From a bacterium (GTDB taxonomy: Bacteria; DUMJ01): a stretch of DNA of 64,000 nucleotides. The position numbers and the translations under genes are program-made. Location of the stretch: the NCBI GenBank assembly GCA_049970495.1, contig JBMFMV010000001.1:45425-109424 (forward strand). Reading direction: 5' to 3'. Below the pieces are notes generated by a model. The model had not been told where the DNA came from. It worked only from the letters and a program-made list of their open reading frames with translations, and made no database searches. Positions within the stretch are counted from its first letter, which is position 1, and each line of letters opens with the position of its first letter. Positions 51,710 through 61,550 of the stretch are shown here, one piece after another.

Positions 51710-52371
51710 CTTAACTCTCCTTTATAGAATTTTAAGACATCTTCTTTTGCATTCTTTATATGTGTTCTCATAGCTAGTTCACTCTTATCAGGGTCTCTTT
51801 CTTTTATGGCATTAAGAATCTCCATATGTTCCTTTAATGATTTTAAGGGCCTTCCAGGTATATGAGAGGAGCGAAATTTAAGAAGTTGTATCTGATTTTT
51901 TAAGATTTCTAAGTGACTTATAAGCCTACTATTTTTACTAGCATTATGAATAAGATTATGGAAGACTTCATCATACTTGATACAGTTATTATAATCTTTA
52001 CTCTCCACAGCGGCTTTATAATCATTGAGGGCTTTCTCTAACTTATCAATAAAAGAGCTGTCTGCATACTTTACTGAATATCTTGCCGCTGTAGCCTCTA
52101 GGACCTCTCTCAAGATATAAATCTCCTCTATATCGTTTACATCAAGACTTACTACATAGGCACCTCTTCTTGGAATTATCTTGACAAGGCCCTCCTTTTC
52201 TAAAGCAGTTAATGCAGTTCTTACAGGTGTCCTACTCACATTGAGCTGTTTAGAGAGATCTTCTTCTACTATCTTAGAGTTAGGGGGAAGCCTCTGTTGA
52301 AAGATCATAGACTTTATCTCTTCATATACTAATGTCTCTAAATTTTTATACTTTGTCTTTAGATCTGACAT
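51706..52371 (-). CDS. GntR family (FCD) transcriptional regulator
   Basis: VSRTPVRTAL wHTH; FH, EH, H FCD metal-site residues. Confidence 0.92.
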   Translation of the reverse strand: MSDLKTKYKNLETLVYEEIKSMIFQQRLPPNSKIVEEDLSKQLNVSRTPVRTALTALEKEGLVKIIPRRGAYVVSLDVNDIEEIYILREVLEATAARYSVKYADSSFIDKLEKALNDYKAAVESKDYNNCIKYDEVFHNLIHNASKNSRLISHLEILKNQIQLLKFRSSHIPGRPLKSLKEHMEILNAIKERDPDKSELAMRTHIKNAKEDVLKFYKGELR

Positions 52372-52397
52372 AAACTTCCCCCCATAGTCTTTAATAT

Positions 52398-53090
52398 TTA
52401 TAATACAGTCTCATCTAGAGGCAATCCTGCCTGTTCATAGAGTCTTCTACGTCCTATCTTATCCTCTTCAAGTATCTTCAATGCTATATCTGCCACCTTT
52501 AATGCATACTCCTGGGGAACTACAACTACACCATCTCCATCTCCAACTATTACATCTCCAGGTCTTACTAAGACTCCACCACAGTTTATAGGTTTATTCA
52601 TAGACTCAAATTCCATCCTACCCTGAACCATAGTTCTAGATATATACCTGCAGAATACAGGCACCTTTTCTATTATGACTTCATCGGTATCTCTGCATCC
52701 TCCATCGGTTACTAACGCCCTAGCTCCTTTATTAAAATATGCAAGGGAATTATTTGAACCTAGAAGCCCTACATCTAAATCATGAGCATCAATTACTATT
52801 ATATCTCCTGGCTCTATAATCTCTCCAAAGGGATAGGTACAAACATTTGCATACCAATCTTCGACAAATTTTGTATACTCTTCTGGGCTCATAGTAGGGA
52901 CTATTCTATTTGTAGGGACATACCTTACTGTCTTAGCTATACCACACACCCTTACCGGTCTAAATAGCGGCCTTATATCCCTAGACATTAGACCAATATT
53001 TCTTAACATAAGCCAATCCATTGCATCACACACATCTGCTACCCTTAATGGAGCAAACTTTTCTAAAATCTTTTCCCTATCAACTGCCAT
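52398..53090 (-). CDS. RraA family protein (second, divergent HMG-aldolase-like)
   Basis: VADVCDAMD, DGGCRD, PGDVIVGDGDGVVVVP. Confidence 0.85.
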   Translation of the reverse strand: MAVDREKILEKFAPLRVADVCDAMDWLMLRNIGLMSRDIRPLFRPVRVCGIAKTVRYVPTNRIVPTMSPEEYTKFVEDWYANVCTYPFGEIIEPGDIIVIDAHDLDVGLLGSNNSLAYFNKGARALVTDGGCRDTDEVIIEKVPVFCRYISRTMVQGRMEFESMNKPINCGGVLVRPGDVIVGDGDGVVVVPQEYALKVADIALKILEEDKIGRRRLYEQAGLPLDETVL

Positions 53091-53115
53091 ATTTTTGCCT
53101 CCTTATTTTTTAGTT

Positions 53116-53141
53116 TATCCCCGAGGGTTACCTCGGGGATA
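53116..53141. other. Intra-operon RNA hairpin after SBP gene
   Basis: TATCCCCGAGG-GTTA-CCTCGGGGATA; U tract only on the plus (antisense) side. Confidence 0.7.
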
Positions 53142-53147
53142 TTTTTA

Positions 53148-54485
53148 CTACTTATAAAACTTCTTAAGAACTTCTAATATCTTAGGTTTTGCTGCCTTTG
53201 CAGCATCAGCTGCAGTCCTTTTACCAAGATATACTGGGTCAAATTCAGTCCTTAGTATTGTATTTATCTCAGCAGCTCCTGCGGGGATTCTAGCATAGCC
53301 AAGGTGTACACCAACTTTGGTCGGATTTATTACTGCATCTACCCAGACCCTCCTCCAGTTCTCCTCTATATAGATACCCCTTTCCACCTGGAGCTCAAAC
53401 CTCTTTGCCCACATATCCATCCTTTGGCTACCCCATCTGTAGTGTTCGGCAACTTTCTCAGATACCTCCTTAGATAGTGCATACTTTATAAATCTCCATG
53501 CAACATCTGGGCATTTGCTTCCAGTTGGAATGGCAAATCCAGTAGCCCCAAGGGCATACCATATACCACCTTTGCCCTTTGGCAGAAATTCTACTCCATA
53601 TCTCTTAACGGGTCTCTTCTCATACCTTATCCAATACCCTTCAGCTGCATGTGGGAAGCAAGACATTGCAGTTTTGCCTATTCTAAATGGAGGTCCTAAA
53701 CCTGCTATCTGGTCAGAGGTTGGGGCTACTTTATACTTATTAATACAATCCGCCATAAACTGAATAGCCTCGATAGTCTCTGGCTTATCTATAAAGACTG
53801 ACTTATAGTCATCGCTATAGGTATCTCCACCAAAAGACTTAATCATAGCCCAACCCATTTCATGATGCCACCAGCTAGCCGGGTCTCCACCAAACATCAA
53901 GTCTGTAGTACCCCACTGATCAGTAATTCCATCGCCATTGAAATCTTTAGTAAGCTTTTGTGCTGCAGTCAAAAAGTCTTTCCAAGTCCAACCCTGCCAA
54001 GGATACTTGACTCCAGCCTGATCAAACATATCCATATTGTACCATACCGCTATTCCACCATGATCTTTGGGGAGTACGTACTGCTTACCATCATGCTGGA
54101 ATATCTTCTTTAAGACAGTAGGGATTTGAGCTAAGTCAGGTGCAAATGCCTTATCTTTCCTAATATAGTCATCTAAAGGTCTTAAAGCACCCTGGGCAGC
54201 ATAATCTTTAAATCTAGAATAGTGCATCCAAACTAGGTCAGGATGCTGTCCACCTGCAAACATCGTAGCAATCTTAGGCCAATAGTCACCCCAAGGTTCA
54301 ACACTAAGCTTTACCTCTACATCAGGATTCCTCTTTTCAAATTCCTTTATAAGACCTTGCCAGAGATCCAACTCTGGTCCAGGTGACATAGGAGCAAACC
54401 AATTCAGTACGGTTTTACCAAGGACTAGCCCAGGTAAAGATAACAAAAACACTAAGCATATTAAACTACCTAAAAATCTTCTCAT
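53148..54485 (-). CDS. Carbohydrate ABC (CUT1) substrate-binding protein
   Basis: Signal peptide, FEKRNPDVEV, GGQHPDL, WYNMDMFDQAG, WTWKDF. Confidence 0.88.
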   Translation of the reverse strand: MRRFLGSLICLVFLLSLPGLVLGKTVLNWFAPMSPGPELDLWQGLIKEFEKRNPDVEVKLSVEPWGDYWPKIATMFAGGQHPDLVWMHYSRFKDYAAQGALRPLDDYIRKDKAFAPDLAQIPTVLKKIFQHDGKQYVLPKDHGGIAVWYNMDMFDQAGVKYPWQGWTWKDFLTAAQKLTKDFNGDGITDQWGTTDLMFGGDPASWWHHEMGWAMIKSFGGDTYSDDYKSVFIDKPETIEAIQFMADCINKYKVAPTSDQIAGLGPPFRIGKTAMSCFPHAAEGYWIRYEKRPVKRYGVEFLPKGKGGIWYALGATGFAIPTGSKCPDVAWRFIKYALSKEVSEKVAEHYRWGSQRMDMWAKRFELQVERGIYIEENWRRVWVDAVINPTKVGVHLGYARIPAGAAEINTILRTEFDPVYLGKRTAADAAKAAKPKILEVLKKFYK

Positions 54486-54599
54486 AAACTTCTCACCCTC
54501 CTAAAAATTTTTCTTTTGGTAATCCCCCCCTTTATAGATACCTCATCGCTCTTAGAGGAATAGATTCAAAATAATAAGTCCTCTTATTCTTCTAAACTC

Positions 54600-55463
54600 T
54601 CACCTCCCAGCCAATCCACTCATGACTACGCCTCTTATAAAGTATTTCTGAGCTACAAAGAAGGCTACCAGTATAGGTATCGTTGTAGCCACGGAAGCTG
54701 CCATAAGATAATTCCAGTCTGATCTTTCTGTCATACTAGTTAAGAATGTCCTAAGCCCTATAGCTATAGTTCGTTTCTCCATAGAATGTAGATACACCAG
54801 AGGTCCCATAAAGTCATTCCAGTGGTTTACAAAGTTAAAGATAAGCATAGTGATAACCACTGGCTGTGAAAGCGGCATAATTATTCTACTGTATATATAC
54901 CACTCATTTGCACCATCAATCTTTGCTGCATCGTCATAATCCAGTGGTAGAGTCATAAAGAATTGTCTACACAAGAATATAAAGAATGCTCCCCCACCGA
55001 ACCAGGATGGAACAATTAAGGGGTAAAACGTATCAATCCAACCTAGCCATCTAAAAAGTATAAACGTGGGTATTAGAGTAACTACATATGGTAGCATCAT
55101 TGTAGATAGACAGAGCATAAAGAGTAAATTCTTCCCAGGGAACTGTAGTCTAGCAAAAGCATAGCCAGCAAGTGAGGCGGTTAAAACACTCCCTATTGTA
55201 GCAAAAACTGTTATTATTATTGTATTCTTTAGAAATGTTGCAAATGGGAGTAAAGTAAGAGCTATCCTATAATTCTCCCACATAAAAGGTTCTGGAATCC
55301 ACTTTGGTGGATAAGTAAATTCTTGCCCAGTTGGCTTAAGAGAAGTACTAATTGCCCAAAAGAATGGAATTATAAGAAGCGCACCAAATCCTGTTATAAC
55401 TATATAGGCTATAATCTTCCATATGATTTCTCTTATTCTCTTATTCTCTTTTATATTCATCAT
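54600..55463 (-). CDS. Carbohydrate ABC permease (MalG-like)
   Basis: AGYAFARL, DAAKIDGA, WNDFMGP. Confidence 0.92.
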   Translation of the reverse strand: MMNIKENKRIREIIWKIIAYIVITGFGALLIIPFFWAISTSLKPTGQEFTYPPKWIPEPFMWENYRIALTLLPFATFLKNTIIITVFATIGSVLTASLAGYAFARLQFPGKNLLFMLCLSTMMLPYVVTLIPTFILFRWLGWIDTFYPLIVPSWFGGGAFFIFLCRQFFMTLPLDYDDAAKIDGANEWYIYSRIIMPLSQPVVITMLIFNFVNHWNDFMGPLVYLHSMEKRTIAIGLRTFLTSMTERSDWNYLMAASVATTIPILVAFFVAQKYFIRGVVMSGLAGR

Positions 55464-55464
55464 A

Positions 55465-56373
55465 TCACCCTCTCAACTCTCCTTCATAGAATACCCAGTA
55501 TCTAGAACCTCTAAATTGAAGTATTGTAAGTACTAAGACAAACATAAACAGTGCCCATGCAAGGGATGAGGCATAACCCATCCTAAAAAACTCGAATCCA
55601 TTCTGATAAAGGTATAAAACTAAGAAGAGCGTACTGTTTGCAGGTCCACCTCTAGTCATAACATATGCCTGAGTGAACACCTGGAAAGAAGATATAACCT
55701 GCATTATAGTAACAAAAAATATAGAGGGTGAAAGCATGGGTAAGGTTATCTTCCAGAATTTATGCCAGAGTCCTGCCCCATCTATCTCTGCCGCCTCATA
55801 GAGTTGTTCAGGAATCCCCTGAAGACCTGCAAGCAGAATAATCATCATTCCTCCTATCCCCCAAAGACTCATAAGTATTAAAGATGGTTTGGATAATGCA
55901 GGATCATAAATCCACCTTATTCGAGGGTGAATTCCTAAATACCCAAGCAGCGCATTAGCAAGTCCAAAATCAGGGTTAAATATCCAAAGCCACATAATGC
56001 TACTTGCAACCGCTGGTGTGATAGAAGGGATATAATAGATAGTTCTATAGACCGAGATTCCTCTTAATTTTAGATTCATAGCAAGAGCTACACAAAGGGC
56101 AGCAATTACTCTCAGAGGAACACCGATTATCGTATAATAGATCGTATTGTAGAGAGAAATCCAGAATAGCTCATCTTTGAGCATAAATCTGTAGTTTTCT
56201 ATCCCTATCCACTTTGGAGCCTGAAGAAGAGGCCAGTCCATAAAGCTTATTACTATCGACGCTATCATTGGACCCGCAGTGAATGCTATAAAACCAATAA
56301 TCCAAGGACCTATCATTAGATAGGCATTTATCGCTTCTCTCCTTTTGTATCCTGGTAGTCTACCCATATCCAA
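55465..56373 (-). CDS. Carbohydrate ABC permease (MalF-like)
   Basis: YEAAEIDGA, ITLPMLSP, MTRGGP, MGYASSLA. Confidence 0.92.
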   Translation of the reverse strand: MDMGRLPGYKRREAINAYLMIGPWIIGFIAFTAGPMIASIVISFMDWPLLQAPKWIGIENYRFMLKDELFWISLYNTIYYTIIGVPLRVIAALCVALAMNLKLRGISVYRTIYYIPSITPAVASSIMWLWIFNPDFGLANALLGYLGIHPRIRWIYDPALSKPSLILMSLWGIGGMMIILLAGLQGIPEQLYEAAEIDGAGLWHKFWKITLPMLSPSIFFVTIMQVISSFQVFTQAYVMTRGGPANSTLFLVLYLYQNGFEFFRMGYASSLAWALFMFVLVLTILQFRGSRYWVFYEGELRG

Positions 56374-56406
56374 ATCTCCCTTCTTAAGTTTTAGTATAAA
56401 GTATTG

Positions 56407-56447
56407 TATTTTGTATACAAAATAGCAAAATATAAACTGTTTGTCAA
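56407..56447 (-). promoter_or_regulatory. Promoter of catabolic operon with overlapping GntR-type operator
   Basis: Minus strand TTGACA(56447-42)-17 bp-TATTTT with TGn extension; perfect palindrome TATTTTGTATACAAAATA (56407-56424). Confidence 0.8.
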
Positions 56448-56550
56448 GTCAAATTTCCTATTACAATAGATAATTACCAGGAGGGAATATGAAGAAGGAA
56501 ATCTTAAGTTGTGTATTTGGAGAGGAATCTTGCTTTTCTCATTCCCAACA

Positions 56551-56581
56551 GAGAGGGGACGGTAAATTATCATCCCCTCTC
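56551..56581 (-). terminator. Hairpin terminator after SBP gene
   Basis: GAGAGGGGA-13 nt-TCCCCTCTC. Confidence 0.6.
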
Positions 56582-56590
56582 TAAAAGATC

Positions 56591-58570
56591 TTACTTAGAT
56601 TCTTTTATAAAGAATTGTTCTGGGTTTAGATATCCTGGGGATAGAAGTGGATAGGCATATATTGCACTCTTAGGGACATTTTTAAAGTTATTTTTTACAA
56701 CACAAGGAGCTGGGTATCCTGCTATAGTGGGTATAGCAAAGAGATTCTTTGAACATAATACCAATGCATTCTCTGCCAATTTATTTTTCTGTTTTTCATC
56801 GGTAGTAACCTTTATCTTATCAAAGATAGATATTAGCTTTAGGGCATCACCTGTAGGTTTTTCTGCCCCCTCAGCCTTACCACCAGAAGCATACCATAAA
56901 CCCCAGAGAGGTGCCCAATAAGTAGAGTTGGCATTTGGTATAAAACTACGAGAGTATGTTAAGAAGTACCTACCTGTAGTGTAATCAACCTCGTAGGCAG
57001 CTATTTGATACTCACTTGCACTAATCCTGGGCCACCAAAGTGCACCACTTACAGTATCTATAGCAGTCTTTATACCTATAGCATCCCAATATTTCTGAAC
57101 TAACTCTGCTACATCCGGATGAATAGGATAAGCCAGATTTACTATTATGGTAAGATTGAGTGGCTTTCCATCAGGCCTTAGTCTATATCCACTCTTATCC
57201 TTTTTAAGGCCAAGTTCATCTAGAAGCTGACTTGCCTTCGTTGGGTTATACTCGTACAGACTCCTTAGCTCTTTATCCTCCCAATAAGATTCTGGTAGTA
57301 ATTTATAAGCAGGATCCCCTAATCCTAGATAGATGAGATTATTTATCTCATCCCTATTTATAGCCAAAGACAAGGCAAGTCTAAATTTATAGTTTCTGAG
57401 TAATTTCTGCAATACATCATCCTTCTTTAGATTTTGATTTATAAAGAAAGCTGTTCCCGATGCGCCTGAAGTCCATCTATAGACATCATAATTCCCCTTA
57501 GCTCTATTCTCCATCAAAAGTGTATAGTTAGGGAATGCTATATTTCTACACTGCATATCAATTTCTCCAGCCACCGCCTTCATATTTATTAGTTCAATAT
57601 TTTGTACCATATCAAAGGCTATTCTATCTATATAAGGAAGTTGATTCCCTTCTGTATCTATCTTCCAATAGTAGGGATTTCTTTCTGCTATTATCCTTGT
57701 AGCTGTAGGTTCTGATCTTAAAACCCAGGGTCTTAATGATGGTAATTCCTTATTAAGATGCGCAGAAGCCTTGTTAGAAAATAATTGATACCAAAATTGA
57801 AATTTAGCATCCTTTGTCATTTCTTCTAGTTTCTTTGGATCAGTATACCTAGGATGGAATTGTTTTAGATAATGCTTAGGAAAATCAAATAGATTAGGTC
57901 CAGGCCCTTCAGGTCCTGCAAGGTAATCTAAGAATAGAGAGTACGGTCTAGCAAACCTAAATCTAACTGTATAGGTATCTATTTTTTCTACTTTACCAGG
58001 TACACCCTCTGTTACAAACCAGCTTGGAATTGTAGGAGAGATCTCTTTATTTAGTAGCACATCCTCATACCAAAACATGATATCGTCAGCCGTAAAAGGT
58101 TCCCCATCAGACCATTTTACTCCCTTTCTTAGATAGAAGGTATAGACTCTACCACCTTCAGTTACTTTCCAAGATGTGCAGAGATTAGGAATTATGGTTT
58201 TTCCGTCTCTTGCCCATTTTACTAATGGTTCATAGCCTAGACGTTGATGGATCATAGTATCAGAAGGGCTTAACGCTGCCCTTCTCCATGTCCCGCCATA
58301 CTGACCCACCTCCTCTACTGGTTCTACTACAGCTGGTTCTTCTGGCAATCGCTTCTCTAGTGGAGGTAACTTACCCTGTTTTACTAATTCTATTAACATA
58401 GGAGCTTCATTAAATTTCGTAATCTTTTTACCTGTAGCCTTCTCGTAATCCTTTATTGTAGGATACTGACCCAAAGGATTTTTCTGTTGAGAAAAGACTA
58501 TAGCGAAACTCCCTAGCACCATAGATACACTCAAAACTAAAACTAATAAAATCTTCAAAGACCTTTTCAT
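56591..58570 (-). CDS. Family-5 ABC substrate-binding protein (long type)
   Basis: Signal peptide; EAPML..LPPLEKRLP, GQYGG, KWSDGEPFTADD, ERNPYYWK, NQLPYID. Confidence 0.9.
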   Translation of the reverse strand: MKRSLKILLVLVLSVSMVLGSFAIVFSQQKNPLGQYPTIKDYEKATGKKITKFNEAPMLIELVKQGKLPPLEKRLPEEPAVVEPVEEVGQYGGTWRRAALSPSDTMIHQRLGYEPLVKWARDGKTIIPNLCTSWKVTEGGRVYTFYLRKGVKWSDGEPFTADDIMFWYEDVLLNKEISPTIPSWFVTEGVPGKVEKIDTYTVRFRFARPYSLFLDYLAGPEGPGPNLFDFPKHYLKQFHPRYTDPKKLEEMTKDAKFQFWYQLFSNKASAHLNKELPSLRPWVLRSEPTATRIIAERNPYYWKIDTEGNQLPYIDRIAFDMVQNIELINMKAVAGEIDMQCRNIAFPNYTLLMENRAKGNYDVYRWTSGASGTAFFINQNLKKDDVLQKLLRNYKFRLALSLAINRDEINNLIYLGLGDPAYKLLPESYWEDKELRSLYEYNPTKASQLLDELGLKKDKSGYRLRPDGKPLNLTIIVNLAYPIHPDVAELVQKYWDAIGIKTAIDTVSGALWWPRISASEYQIAAYEVDYTTGRYFLTYSRSFIPNANSTYWAPLWGLWYASGGKAEGAEKPTGDALKLISIFDKIKVTTDEKQKNKLAENALVLCSKNLFAIPTIAGYPAPCVVKNNFKNVPKSAIYAYPLLSPGYLNPEQFFIKESK

Positions 58571-58571
58571 C

Positions 58572-59450
58572 TTAAAATGCCTCCTCTTCTCTTAATTCTA
58601 ATAACCTCTTAGCATTCAGATGAGTTATCTTCTCATAGGCTATCTTAGATATTTTACCAGATTCCAAGGCGTTCTTTATATAGTTAACTATAGGGACTTC
58701 TTGATTATGATGACAAAAATCCGTTCCAAATAGAAGCTTATCCTGAAATTCTTCTAAAAATTTATATCCGTATTCAGGGTCTCTTGTAATGGCATTAAAA
58801 CCACTCCCTGCAGAAAGGTCTCCGTAGAGATTATCATACTTCTTCAGCAATTCCTGTAACCTTCCAGGAGCTTTTATTGGTCCCTTTGGATATCCTCCTC
58901 TAGTATCTTCAGATACATCTGCGCTTATCTCTGCCCAGAAAGACATAGCATGCCCTATAAAGATAGTCTTAGGTGATTCTCTCAGAGCTCTTTCTAATCG
59001 CGGCAGATAGATATCATCTACAAGACCATAAGGCGCCCCTATCCTATCTACTAAATGGAATAATACAGGCATCCCTAACTCTCCGCATTGGGCAAAGAGG
59101 TTCAGTACCATAGGGTCATCTATGTATAGATTAGCGGTTATCTCCCCAACACCTCTACATCCAAGGTCTTTGTACTCCTGAAGTATCCAGGTAAAATCTG
59201 TCTTAGGAGAATTACTGATTTGCCTTGGGTCTAGCTTGCAAAAGGGTATTATCCTATTAGGATATCTTCTATACACCTCTATGACCTGTTCTGTAGTAAA
59301 CCAGAAAATGCTTCCTTCGGGAGTTGCATCTAGAGGTAAAACTACCGCCCTTTCTACTCCCCATCTATCCATATTTTCTATCAATTCTTCTACTGTTACT
59401 GGTATGTCTTCCCTTAATAATCTCCCTAAGTGTGTATGTATATCAATCAT
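58572..59450 (-). CDS. Amidohydrolase_2 family protein
   Basis: IDIHTH, GVGE, LFH, IGHA, DLSAGSG, LFGTD. Confidence 0.88.
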   Translation of the reverse strand: MIDIHTHLGRLLREDIPVTVEELIENMDRWGVERAVVLPLDATPEGSIFWFTTEQVIEVYRRYPNRIIPFCKLDPRQISNSPKTDFTWILQEYKDLGCRGVGEITANLYIDDPMVLNLFAQCGELGMPVLFHLVDRIGAPYGLVDDIYLPRLERALRESPKTIFIGHAMSFWAEISADVSEDTRGGYPKGPIKAPGRLQELLKKYDNLYGDLSAGSGFNAITRDPEYGYKFLEEFQDKLLFGTDFCHHNQEVPIVNYIKNALESGKISKIAYEKITHLNAKRLLELREEEAF

Positions 59451-59502
59451 TCTAATCTCCCAAAAATAAAATAGGGGGAAATCCCCACTATTAATGCTAG
59501 AC

Positions 59503-61452
59503 TTATTTTTTAAAGAACCAGTGCTCTGGATTTGTATGTCCGGGACAGTAATTTACGTTTTCATGGACAGTAACTTCAGGAACATTTCTTAGTTCATTCT
59601 TAACTATAACAAGTCTTGTGTTTGGAGCTACTACACCAATAGTCCATAAATTCTTAGAGTATATATCTAGAGCTCTTTTTACCAATAATATCCTTTCTTT
59701 CTCTCCAACCGCTAATATCGCCTGATCATACAATTTTAGTAACTGTTTTATATCTGAAGATGGCTCCTCTCCAGATTTTCCTCCGGATGAGTACCATATT
59801 CCATATAGAGGAGCCCAGTAACAGTAGTCAGATACAGGGAAGAACCAGACATTATCTATAAGAGGATAGTAGGCACCGGCTGCTGCATATAGACCAATCT
59901 GCTGTTCTCCTGCTCTTGCCCTCGTTACCCAAAGAGAGGTCTCTTGAACCTTAAGGTTGACCTTTAATCCTACATTCTTTAGATAACCCTTTATCATCTC
60001 TGCTATATCTGGTTCTGGACCTATACCAGGAAGAACCTCGATCAGTATCTCTAGTGTCTTACCATCGGGACCTATTCTATAGCCATCCTTATCTCTCTTA
60101 TTTAATCCTATTTGATCTAATAACTGCTCTGCTTTCTTAGGATTATAATCAGTATAAGATTTTTCAAACCTCTCCTCGTAGTATGGAGATCCCTTAAAGA
60201 CAGAAACCTGTCTTGGTGTAGCATTCCCTGAGTATATAAGCTGAGCAATTTCGTTACGGTTAATAGCAAGAGAAATAGCTCTCCTAAACTGAACATTTGT
60301 AAATAACTTTTTAAGTACGGGGTCCTTTACATTCTGATTGATAAATAGTGTTCCTACATTGGTAAGTGCTGGAATCCACTTTAAGACTCTATAACCACCC
60401 TTCTGCTGATTCTCCATTACGACTGTATAGTCAGATTCAAATGTGTCGTAGTATCCTATACTTGCTTCCCCACTTATATACTTCATTATCCTTACTTCTC
60501 TATTCTGCACAAGAGTCCAGACTATCTTATCAATATAGGGCAACTGATTACCAGCAGGGTCTATCTTCCAGTAGTAGGGATTTCTCTCTGCAGTAAATAC
60601 AGGATCGCTTAATGGAGTTAAAACCTTCCATGCAGTTACTACTGGTAGGTCCTTATTCTGCCACCTGGTTGCCTTTGCATTAAACAATTTATACCAAGCG
60701 TCAAAACCCTCTTCTTTTGCCTGTTTCATTATTTCATCCATAGAGGTATATTTCGGATGGAACTTTCTAAGGTAATGTTTAGGGGCATAGCAGTCTTGAC
60801 CACTCGCTATTCTCTGGAGTAAAAATGTATATGGAACTTCAAATACAAACCTTACCGTATACGTATCTACCTTTTCTACCTTACCAGGTTTTCCACCGGC
60901 AAGTAACCAAGACGGGAATACGGGGGTAAGGTCCTTGTTCAGGACTATATCCTCGTACCAGAACAATACATCGTCAGCAGTAAAGGGTTGTCCATCAGAC
61001 CACTTCATTCCTCTCCTAAGATAGAATGTTATTACCTTTCCACCATTACTTATCTTCCACCCTTTAGTCACATTAGGAATGACCTTATTTGTATCCAAAT
61101 TCCATCTAACAAGTGGCTCATATGTGATTCTTGTATACTGTGGCGACCTACCAAGATGTGGTCCTTCTAAAATTCCACCATACTGACCAATTTCTTCTAT
61201 AGGCTCTATCACTGCAGGTTCTTCTGGTAATCTCTTTTCTACTGGTGGAAGTTTACCCTGCTTTACCAGTTCTGCTAACTGAGGCGCCTCCCCAAATTTA
61301 CTTATCTTCTTGCCAGAGATCTTCTGATATTCAGCTATGGTAGCATACTGGCCTGGAGCAATCTTCTGCTGAGAAATAGAAATAGAAACCAAACTTAATA
61401 ACAATGAAATAGACACAAAAGCTACTACCAGACACTTTGAAAATCTACTCAA
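59503..61452 (-). CDS. Family-5 ABC substrate-binding protein (long type), paralog of 56591
   Basis: TTG start at 61452 after AAGGAGG; same EAP..LPP.EKRLP, KWSDG, NQLPYID motifs. Confidence 0.9.
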   Translation of the reverse strand: MSRFSKCLVVAFVSISLLLSLVSISISQQKIAPGQYATIAEYQKISGKKISKFGEAPQLAELVKQGKLPPVEKRLPEEPAVIEPIEEIGQYGGILEGPHLGRSPQYTRITYEPLVRWNLDTNKVIPNVTKGWKISNGGKVITFYLRRGMKWSDGQPFTADDVLFWYEDIVLNKDLTPVFPSWLLAGGKPGKVEKVDTYTVRFVFEVPYTFLLQRIASGQDCYAPKHYLRKFHPKYTSMDEIMKQAKEEGFDAWYKLFNAKATRWQNKDLPVVTAWKVLTPLSDPVFTAERNPYYWKIDPAGNQLPYIDKIVWTLVQNREVRIMKYISGEASIGYYDTFESDYTVVMENQQKGGYRVLKWIPALTNVGTLFINQNVKDPVLKKLFTNVQFRRAISLAINRNEIAQLIYSGNATPRQVSVFKGSPYYEERFEKSYTDYNPKKAEQLLDQIGLNKRDKDGYRIGPDGKTLEILIEVLPGIGPEPDIAEMIKGYLKNVGLKVNLKVQETSLWVTRARAGEQQIGLYAAAGAYYPLIDNVWFFPVSDYCYWAPLYGIWYSSGGKSGEEPSSDIKQLLKLYDQAILAVGEKERILLVKRALDIYSKNLWTIGVVAPNTRLVIVKNELRNVPEVTVHENVNYCPGHTNPEHWFFKK

Positions 61453-61550
61453 CTTTATCGACCTCCTTTTTATTAAATCATTTACAATTAAAATATTAAT
61501 ATTTGGAGAAATGAAAGTCAAGTTATGTAATATTATTTAATAATAATCTA

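Noticed and set aside
56391..56573. 60-aa minus-strand ORF
   Set aside because: Spans terminator, promoter and operator; no RBS; not protein-like
57600..61300. Similar DNA blocks in the two SBP genes
   Set aside because: Explained by paralogy, not a repeat element
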